Source: an uncultured Phycisphaerales bacterium (GTDB taxonomy: Bacteria; Planctomycetota; Phycisphaerae; Tepidisphaerales; Tepidisphaeraceae). Taken from it: a stretch of 64,000 nt of DNA. The notes under the pieces were generated by a model that had not been told where the DNA came from, ran no database searches, and saw only the letters and a program-made list of their open reading frames with translations. The first letter of the stretch is position 1, and every line of letters starts with the position of its first letter. This document shows positions 56,662-64,000 of this stretch, piece after piece. Both the position numbers and the translations under genes were made by a program. The stretch spans positions 992,001 to 1,056,000 of the forward strand of contig CAWJPJ010000006.1 of NCBI GenBank assembly GCA_963844715.1. Direction: 5' to 3'.

Positions 56662-57188
56662 TCGTCGCCGAAACGCCGCGCCTCATTCTCAGGCATTTTC
56701 ACATCGCTGACGGCGAGGCGATGGATCGCGTATTCGGCGATCCCGAAGTGATGAAGTTCGGAACCGGAGTGAAGGATTCGGAATGGGTCCGAAAAAAGTG
56801 GCTGCCCGGATGCCTCGAGGATTACCACAAACTATGGGGTTTCGGCCTTTGGGCCGTCGTCGAAAAGAAATCGCGCACGACGATGGGATATTGCGGCCTG
56901 AGTTATTTTGAGGATGTCGGCGGAAAGCCGGAGGTGGAAATCGGATACCGCCTTGCCACGGCACATTGGGGAAACGGATTCGCCACCGAAGCGGCGACCG
57001 CCGTGCGCGATTATGCGTGGAACGTGCTCTCCCTAACCCGCCTGATCGCCCTCATCGACCCTCGAAACACCGCATCCATCCGCGTCGCCCAAAAACTGGG
57101 GATGCACTACGAAAAAGACGTGCTATTTAAAGGGTTTATCGACGGGGTCTACGCGATCGAACATCCAAACCCGCCCGCCAAACCGTAG
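56658..57188 (+). CDS. GNAT N-acetyltransferase (RimJ/RimL-like)
   Basis: ETPRLILR, EIGYRL..WGNGFATEAA, NTASIRVAQKLG. Confidence 0.92.
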   Translation: MIVAETPRLILRHFHIADGEAMDRVFGDPEVMKFGTGVKDSEWVRKKWLPGCLEDYHKLWGFGLWAVVEKKSRTTMGYCGLSYFEDVGGKPEVEIGYRLATAHWGNGFATEAATAVRDYAWNVLSLTRLIALIDPRNTASIRVAQKLGMHYEKDVLFKGFIDGVYAIEHPNPPAKP

Positions 57189-57214
57189 ACAAAGGCATGA
57201 AGTCATGCCGTTAG

Positions 57215-58972
57215 ATGGTTCTCATTCTCCTCCTCTCCGCCGCCCCCGCGTCGCAACCCATCGACTGGCACGACTGGTCCCCATCAATCTTCGATCAAGC
57301 CAAACGCGAAAATAAATTCGTCCTCCTCGATCTCGGCACGCGCTGGTGCCATTGGTGCCATGTCATGGAGGGAACCACCTACGCCGATCCCGACGTCATA
57401 CGATTGATCGCCGAAAAATATCTCGCCGTCCGCATCGACGCCGATTCACGTCCGGATCTCGCCAATCGCTACGAAGACTATGGCTGGCCCGCCACCATCG
57501 TCTTCAATTCCGACGGCTCCGAAATCGTAAAACGCCGCGGCTACCTCCCGCCCCAGGAAATGGCCTCCCTCCTCAAAGCCATCATCGCCGATCCCACCCC
57601 CGGACCCTCCGTCGTCGCGCCACAAACCATCCATTACACAACCGACGCCGCCCTGACTGACGACCTCCGCCAAAAACTGCTGCGCATCTATTCCCAAACC
57701 TACGATTGGAAAAACGGCGCCTGGGGATTCAGCCAGAAATTTCTCGATTGGAACGACGTCGAATGGGCCATGCGCCGCGCCGCCGCCGGCGACGAAACTG
57801 CCGATCGCATGGCTCGCCAAACCCTCGACGCCCAGCTCAACCTCCTCGACCCCGCCTGGGGCGGCGTCTATCAATATTCCACCGATGGCGACTGGCAACA
57901 CCCCCACTTCGAAAAAATCATGCAGATGCAAGCCGAGAATCTGCGCATTTATTCCCTCGCCTACGCGCAGTATCACGACGAAAAATACCGTCACGCCGCC
58001 GAGGCCATCCACGCCTACCTGATTTCCTTCCTCCACTCCCCCGACGGCGCCTTTTACACCAGCCAGGACGCCGATCTAATCGACGGCGTGCACGGCGGCG
58101 AATATTTCTCCCTCACCGACTCCCAGCGCCGCGCAAAGGCATCCCCCACATCGACACCCGCGAATACACGCGCGAAAACGCCTGGGCCATCCGCGGCCTG
58201 ACCGTCCTCTTTGAATCCACCAACGACCCCGCCGCCCTGCAAGAAGCCACCGCCGCAACCAATTGGATCATCTCCAACCGGTCGCTCCCAGGCGGCGGTT
58301 TCTCCCACTACCACCAAGACCCCGCCGGTCCCTACCTAGGCGATACCCTCGCCATGGGCCAGGCCTTCCTCGAACTCTACGAAGCAACGGCCGATCGCCA
58401 ATACCTCGCCCGCACCCAATCCGCCGCCGATTTTATAGCCACGCATTTCCATCGCCCCGGCACTGTTGGAATCGTGACATCCGACTCCCCCGCTGCGGAT
58501 TTGCAGACCGCAGATCCCCTGGCCGCAGCCCCCGAATACGACGAAAACGTGGACTTAGCCCGATTCGCAAATCTTCTGAGTCAATACACCGGCCGATCCC
58601 CCGATCGCAAACTCGCCGACGCCGCCATGATGTACGTCGCAACGCCGCAGATCGCGCACGATCACGGAATTCAAGTCGCCGGCGCACTGCTTGCCGATGA
58701 CGAACTTTCGCGCCCGGCCCTGCACATTGTCATCGTGGGAAAAAAATCAGACCCCAAAGCCGCCGATTTATTCGCCGCCGCGCCAAATCCCGACGGCGTT
58801 TAAACGCCTCGAATGGTATGACTCTTCCGAAGGCCCGCTGCTGAATTCAGATGTGGAATACCCCGCGCTCGATCAACCCGCCGCATTCGTTTGCAACGGC
58901 ACCGCCTGCTCGCTCCCCGCTTTTAATCTCGATCAATTATCCAAACGAATCGCCCGCGCAAACGCCCCGTAA
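57215..58972 (+). CDS. DUF255/YyaL (SSP411-like) thioredoxin-domain protein (frameshifted)
   Basis: WCHWCHVM, D..SRPD, GWPATI, YSTDGDWQHPHFEK, AFVC..CSLP. Confidence 0.88.
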
Positions 58973-59089
58973 TCCGGATTCTCTTAAGGATTCGCGCGCC
59001 TTCTTTTGCCTCTCCCTGCCCTCCGGTAGTTTCCGCAGGACGGGTGAGGGGCGGGCGCGCGATTCATTCACGATCCGGATATTCCTGAT

Positions 59090-59788
59090 TTATCCCAGCG
59101 CATCGATCAGCGATCCCGGCGGAAAATTACTGAAAAGCGCCGACATATCGATCGGGCTCCCGTTCGTTTTCGCCTGCTGCAATCCGGACATCAAATCCTG
59201 GTGAAATTGTTCCGGCGTTACCCCGCTGCTCTGCAAGGTCTGGAAGAATTGCTGCATCGAATTCGTTCCGTCTGACACAGTCGTCGGCGTGGTTGTCCCG
59301 GATGCCGCGGTCCCGGACGCCGCCGTTTCCAGCGCCGTCTCCAGCGAGGTCGCCAGCCCGCTCACGGTTGGATTCGACGTCAGCGCGGTCGCCAAAGCCG
59401 AAGTTCCCGCGGCCGATTGCCCGCTCCCCGATGCGGTTTGCAGATAGGATGTAATGGCGCTGGAAATCGCCGCATTCGGGTCCGAACCGGCGGGGAGATT
59501 CTGCAATGCACTCGTAATGCTCGATTGCAAAGCGCTGTTTATTCCGCCCGATTGCTGGCTCTGGCCTCCGCCGCCGCCACCGCCATGGTGATGGTGGTGA
59601 TGTTGCTGCCCCGAAACCTGCGACGTGGTTGCAAGTCCGCTGGCGGATGAGGAACTCACCTGGCTCGCGGCCGTGCTGTTGGCTGTATTGCTCGTTGAAT
59701 TTGTGGCTTGAGTGGAGTTACTGGTGAGTTGCTGAAGCCACTGAAACAGACCCTGCGCGTTGCCCGCAATCCCGGAAATCAATGACAT
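59090..59788 (-). CDS. Low-complexity Ser/Thr/Gln-rich hypothetical protein with His7-Gly8 tract
   Basis: Intact ORF with AAAGGGA RBS-like sequence; QQHHHHHHHGGGGGGGGQ; ends GSLIDALG. Confidence 0.75.
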   Translation of the reverse strand: MSLISGIAGNAQGLFQWLQQLTSNSTQATNSTSNTANSTAASQVSSSSASGLATTSQVSGQQHHHHHHGGGGGGGQSQQSGGINSALQSSITSALQNLPAGSDPNAAISSAITSYLQTASGSGQSAAGTSALATALTSNPTVSGLATSLETALETAASGTAASGTTTPTTVSDGTNSMQQFFQTLQSSGVTPEQFHQDLMSGLQQAKTNGSPIDMSALFSNFPPGSLIDALG

Positions 59789-59947
59789 AGAGCGTCCCTT
59801 TCACTCTTCGTGATCCGCGCATGCAGGCCTCATCGGCAACCCCGCCCGAAAATCTTCACCTCATCCCTCCGCCGCAGCCGGTTTGACCTGCGGTATGTAG
59901 AGGCGTTATTGTCGAGGGTCTGTCCATTTATCTAGAAGGGTTGATTC

Positions 59948-60502
59948 ATGCGAGCGAGCGAAATTCGACGAGGTCAGGCCGTCATCATCGACGGGAAGCT
60001 GTTTGTGGTGACCAACGCCGATCACAACACCCCAGGCAACCTGCGGGCCAAGGTGCAATTCAAACTCCGCGACGTCGGCAAAGGCACGATCATGGACAAG
60101 CGGGTCGGTGCCACGGATGACATCGAAACCACCACCCTCGACAGCCGTCAGGTCGAATACCTCTATTCCGACAACTCCGGGCACGTGGTCATGGATATGG
60201 AAACGTTCGACCAGACGCCGGTCCCCAAGGAAGTCTTTGGCGACGACATCCTCTACCTCAAGCCCAATACCCAGTTCACAGCCCAGTTCCACGAAGGAAT
60301 CGTGGTGGCATACACCCTCCCGGCCTCGGTCGATCTGGAAGTGACGGACACCCCGCCGGTGATCAAAGGAGCCACGGCCACCAACCAGCTCAAGGAAGCG
60401 ACCCTGGAGACAGGCCTCAAGACCCGCGTGCCGGGGTTCATCGTGACCGGGGAGAAGCTAAAGATTAGCACCGAAAACGGGGAGTACCTGAGCCGGGCCT
60501 AG
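59948..60502 (+). CDS. efp: Elongation factor P
   Basis: HNTPGNLRAKVQ loop, YLYSD, MDMETFDQ, TDTPPVIKGATA, KEATLETG, ISTENGEYLSRA. Confidence 0.96.
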   Translation: MRASEIRRGQAVIIDGKLFVVTNADHNTPGNLRAKVQFKLRDVGKGTIMDKRVGATDDIETTTLDSRQVEYLYSDNSGHVVMDMETFDQTPVPKEVFGDDILYLKPNTQFTAQFHEGIVVAYTLPASVDLEVTDTPPVIKGATATNQLKEATLETGLKTRVPGFIVTGEKLKISTENGEYLSRA

Positions 60503-60566
60503 CCAAATTGAACGGATAGCCATCCGTCGGGGCCATCATCGAAAGCGAATAAGGGTAGCGAATAAA

Positions 60567-60598
60567 GGGACATCACTACCTGCTTTTAGTGATGCCCC
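60567..60598. repeat. Hairpin (terminator or REP-like) downstream of efp
   Basis: GGGACATCACTA / TAGTGATGCCCC. Confidence 0.5.
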
Positions 60599-60713
60599 AC
60601 GCGGATGTCACCTTCGAATCTTTGAATCGCCAGCCCGAGATCATCCGAGACCTATTGACCACTACTCGACCGTACGGCACGACCACATTTGCCGCGATGC
60701 TTCGCCGTGGCCC

Positions 60714-61466
60714 TTAGTTCTGCGTATGCTCCACTTGGCTGGCACGGCATAGGTCCTCGCGCGTGCGCCACTGGTGCTCGACGCCCCGCATCAGAAGGGC
60801 GCAGTCGAATGTCGCCGAGCCTGCCGGGAATTTCATCACGTCCTCAAAATAACTGGACTCGACTTGTTGGACAGCCAGCGGCTGAACAGACCATGCCTCA
60901 CACCGCAGCTCCAATCCGTCGTAGCGGGCCGGATCACGGGTAGCCGAGTAGCCCAGCGCCCCGCCCTCGAAGAAACGAGAAGCCTCGCCAAGCGAAGAAA
61001 AAACCGAGCCGCTGGGCAAATCGTCAATCCGTTGGGCCACGACCTTCACCGCCACCTGTCTATCATCGCTCTGGAACGCAACGCTGAAGCGGTCACCCGA
61101 TTCGTCAACGTTGAACCGCGCATGGTGGTGCTCCCCGGGCACCAGACGCCCGCCGAGCAACGCATTGAGGCGAGAATTGCTGTCACGCCGTGGGATGTAT
61201 ACGCCCTCCTCCGGGAGGCCGTCCCGATCCCACTCGACAGCAAAGCGGTGGGCCGCGTTCTCCGATCCAATCCCCACGGCAACAGGGAGAAAGGCAGGCC
61301 GGATTTTTTTTAAACGGATGAGGCAGATTCCGGCAATTGCATAGCCGCCAGCTAACTTCGGCCGAAATGGCGGAGGTAGAAGGCGTGAGGCCACCTCAAC
61401 ATCCACGCGATAATTCACCAGTATGCGGCGGTCGATCACACCTTGAATGGCTGGCAGCCGCATCAT
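60714..61466 (-). CDS. DUF2071/YqjF-like protein
   Basis: IDRRILVNYRVD..LLPPPF..GICLIRL..SENAAHR..GVYIPRRD..FDCALLMR. Confidence 0.75.
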   Translation of the reverse strand: MMRLPAIQGVIDRRILVNYRVDVEVASRLLPPPFRPKLAGGYAIAGICLIRLKKIRPAFLPVAVGIGSENAAHRFAVEWDRDGLPEEGVYIPRRDSNSRLNALLGGRLVPGEHHHARFNVDESGDRFSVAFQSDDRQVAVKVVAQRIDDLPSGSVFSSLGEASRFFEGGALGYSATRDPARYDGLELRCEAWSVQPLAVQQVESSYFEDVMKFPAGSATFDCALLMRGVEHQWRTREDLCRASQVEHTQN

Positions 61467-61566
61467 GGCTTTGAGAATAACGGATTACGAATGACCTGAA
61501 AATAGGCCCGCGCCAGCCCCTCTTGGCGTATTTAGATGCGGTTTACCCGCCATTCGCCTTGCTTTT

Positions 61567-62175
61567 TCACGCCACGCCGCGAATCCTCTTTAATTGCAAT
61601 CGCTGCATGAGGGAGGTCAACTGCTGGAGAGTTTTCCTTGCCGCGGCGTCGCTTTGGGGGACCAGGAATCCGCATCGGAATTTGCCGTCAGGGCGCTCTC
61701 GCAAGGTTTGAACTCGGGCGGTTGTTTCCAGCGCGTGGTCTTCGCCGTGCAGCTTGATATGGACGACCGATCCCAAGGCCAGCTTGCTCGCGGTCACCGC
61801 GGCGAACCCCTCGTTGCTGACATCCAAAACCTGGCAGGCGGTTTCCCGACCGATGCCGACGATGATGTCCGTCGCCGCTGTGCTGACACGATACGACTCG
61901 CGGCTTTCGGCGGAAACGATCTCGCCGCTGCGCTCAAAGACAATCGCGTTCTGGGGAGTCAGGAGAATTTCCCGTACGATCGCACCCTGTTGGCAGAATC
62001 GCCGATTCGTCTCGCAAAAAGCGATGACGTCGCTGCCTAGTTCCGGCGTGATTGCATCCTCAAATATGGCGGTGAAACTTGTGCGATCGGATTTGATCAC
62101 CGTGCCGGGATGGAGGTACTTCGTCTTCGACGGCGACGGAAGCAGCAAAAACATGGACTGACCCTTGGCAAGCAT
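61567..62175 (-). CDS. PilZ-domain protein
   Basis: SRESYRV (RxxxR) and DVSNEG (DxSxxG); FRCGF. Confidence 0.8.
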   Translation of the reverse strand: MLAKGQSMFLLLPSPSKTKYLHPGTVIKSDRTSFTAIFEDAITPELGSDVIAFCETNRRFCQQGAIVREILLTPQNAIVFERSGEIVSAESRESYRVSTAATDIIVGIGRETACQVLDVSNEGFAAVTASKLALGSVVHIKLHGEDHALETTARVQTLRERPDGKFRCGFLVPQSDAAARKTLQQLTSLMQRLQLKRIRGVA

Positions 62176-62596
62176 GTTTTTTCTCCGGGTTTCGCGTTTT
62201 CAACATATCGCCGCGCCCTTCGCCGCTGACGCGATGTGTCGAATTGGCATCAAATAATTATTAAATCCCCAACCAAATGTTAGCACCTCACATATCGGCA
62301 AACGAAGATTCGTGCTGGAGAAGGCGATTCCCGGTTTTGTGAGATGCCGATAAAATCGGCGAGGGGCGTTTATGGAAAAGAGATGGGGCGGGGAAGGGTC
62401 CGTTTCATCCGAACGAGGAGAGCGATTGGGATTACGATTACGGTTACGATTGGAAGGCGGTGGCGATGAGTTGTTTCCCCCTCGGACTTGGGAGGGCCAA
62501 CGGATGGCAATCCGTTAGCTTTGGAAAAAAAAGAGCAGGATTGGAAGGGTGTGTCAACCCGCCTTAGAGTCGAGTTGGGGAATCGGAGGCAAAAAT

Positions 62597-62632
62597 CAGG
62601 GGCGCAACCTCCGTAGGGGTGGCTGCGCCCTG
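62597..62632 (-). terminator. Probable terminator after the HEAT gene
   Basis: CAGGGCGCA...TGCGCCCCTG stem followed by ATTTTT on the minus strand. Confidence 0.5.
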
Positions 62633-62659
62633 GTTGAATTATTTGGCCGACCGCGGGAT

Positions 62660-63330
62660 TTACACCCGGATTTTCACCGGCGCTTCGGTGGCCGAGGCTG
62701 CGGCTTGGCGGATCACCGAATCTTCCGAACTATTCGCGGAGACCGCTTTCAATTCGGTGGCGGGCGCTGGTCGTCGCGGAAGCTGGCGAGCGCTGCGACG
62801 GCGGCGAGGCGGGCCGTGGGGAGGAAGAAGCCGTTGGAATTCCGGACGACTTCGATCAAGGGGGCGACGGCGCGGGGGTCGCCGAGGGCGGCGAGGGCCC
62901 GAATCGCTTCGGCGCTGGGCTCGGCGTGGGTGTCTCGGACCGCGACGAGCAATGACTCGACGGCGCGGCGGTCGCCGAGACGGCCTAGGCTGCCGGCAGC
63001 GGCGGCGCGGACGACGGGGTGATAGAAGCCGTCGGCGTTTTGCAGCACGTCAATCAGCGGCTGGACCGCCGCGGAATTGGCGAGCGAGCCGAGGGACGTG
63101 GCGGCATCGCGGGCGACATCCGCATCGGAATTCCGCAAGGACGCGATGAGCGCGGCAGCGGAAGCCTCGATCGGCGACTGGGTGGCCGCGACCGCGGCGG
63201 GTTGTTTGGCCTCGACGCTGGTGGCCGGGATTTCGGCGGCGTTGGTCGGCTTGGATTTGGACGGAGCCGACGTGAATCGGCTGGCGGAACGCTGGGTCGA
63301 GCTTTTGCTCGAAGTCTTCTTGCGCGGCAT
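62660..63330 (-). CDS. HEAT-repeat (PBS-lyase-like) protein with basic N-terminal tail (frameshift near 62760)
   Basis: Repeats DVARDAATSLGSL / VRAAAAGSLGRLGDRRAV / AIRALAALGDPRAV. Confidence 0.85.
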
Positions 63331-63572
63331 GGTTCGTTTCTCCTGGGGTTGGTGTTCGATTTTTTGGTTCGATCAATTGATACAACGAGCGAGGCTTATC
63401 GGACGAAATACCCTCAATGCTTCAAAACAATTTGAGAAGAAGCGGGTTTCGTGGCCGCAAGGACGATCCAACCGAACATGGAGGAACGCCGATGCGGTGA
63501 GGCAAATTATACTACGCGGAAGTTCCGCTTCAAGCGGGGTGAGGAAAAATGTAGGCAGGGAAATGAGCGGCG

Positions 63573-64000
63573 TCAGGCGCTGCGGGCGAAATATTCCTTT
63601 TCCAGTTCGCGCAATTTTTCGGCAAGAGCATCATGCTCTTGCGCAATTTGCCGCAGGCGCTGGGGATCGCGGGCAAATTTGGGGTCGATCATGTTTTCCT
63701 GGCAGCGGGCGATTTCCTTTTCCGTGGCCGCGATCTGCTTTTCCAATTCCTCAACGGCAAGGCGCCCGAACCGGCGGGAATAGGGATTTTGCGGATTGCG
63801 CGAGTGAGCCCCCCTAACACCTTGGTGCTCGCCCGCCTGGTCCCCTGGCCGAGCTTCCCTATCGCCCGGCGGATTTGGGGATTTCTTCTTTTTAGATTGC
63901 GATTGACGGGCGGCCTTGGCGGCTTGGGCCTCGGCCTCTTTGGCGGCCGCAGCAGTCTCGGCTTTCTTTTTTTGCGCCGGCGTGGGCCCAGGCTGTGTAA
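63573..64000 (-). CDS. C-terminal end of a probable ABC-F ATPase (coiled-coil CTD), partial
   Basis: Manual translation: VEELEKQIAATEKEIARCQENMIDPKFARDPQRLRQIAQEHDALAEKLRELEKEYFARSA*. Confidence 0.65.
   Translation of the reverse strand, partial: TQPGPTPAQKKKAETAAAAKEAEAQAAKAARQSQSKKKKSPNPPGDREARPGDQAGEHQGVRGAHSRNPQNPYSRRFGRLAVEELEKQIAATEKEIARCQENMIDPKFARDPQRLRQIAQEHDALAEKLRELEKEYFARSA

Noticed and set aside
59365..59377. 13-nt match to the tRNA-Tyr T-arm (possible att site)
   Set aside because: Lies inside an intact CDS, core genes intervene, it is on the 5' side of the tRNA and there is no integrase
60600..60725. Possible integron attC after the DUF2071 gene
   Set aside because: No matching GTTRRRY end or paired L boxes found
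62424..62519. GATTAC microrepeat and GCCAACGGATGGCAATCCGTTAGC palindrome
   Set aside because: Single short instances; possibly REP remnants but no second copy in the window to support a call

Overview
High-GC bacterial chromosomal window. The gene repertoire and repeat style suggest a planctomycete (Phycisphaerae/Tepidisphaerales-like); this is inference only. More than 40 genes-internal single-base frameshifts, including in leuS, lon and sat, most likely reflect uncorrected long-read errors, so many CDS below are reconstructed across ORF-track fragments. Layout: (1) 1-19.3 kb, a minus-strand surface-polysaccharide locus led by a UpxY/NusG-type antiterminator (Wzc, priming transferase, Wzm/Wzt, amino-sugar enzymes, PglD-like/GT2 fusion, GT2s, ATP-grasp, metallophosphoesterase, O-antigen-ligase-like protein, methyltransferase). 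(2) 19.8-31.1 kb, sat, RskA-like, hsp20-lon-STAS-ACT and a large membrane protein/ABC exporter module. (3) 31.4-37.4 kb, an ArsB/NhaD-type transporter behind a probable nhaA-I (Li+) riboswitch, tandem methyltransferases, an AlgI/AlgX-J pair and tRNA-Tyr. (4) 37.5-64 kb, mixed housekeeping and accessory genes (YiaK-like, orphan ParD, esterase-GH27 fusion, ArsR/SRPBCC, HD hydrolase, leuS, CYTH, RNase Z-like, M16C peptidase, efp, two PilZ genes, HEAT). The best candidate for an undescribed system is a ParA ATPase fused to a CBM48/AMPK-type glycogen-binding domain, translationally coupled to a P-loop-less FlhG/MinD-like partner. It shares a sigma28/WhiG-like promoter motif with four other genes in the window. 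No CRISPR array, integrase or transposase was seen.
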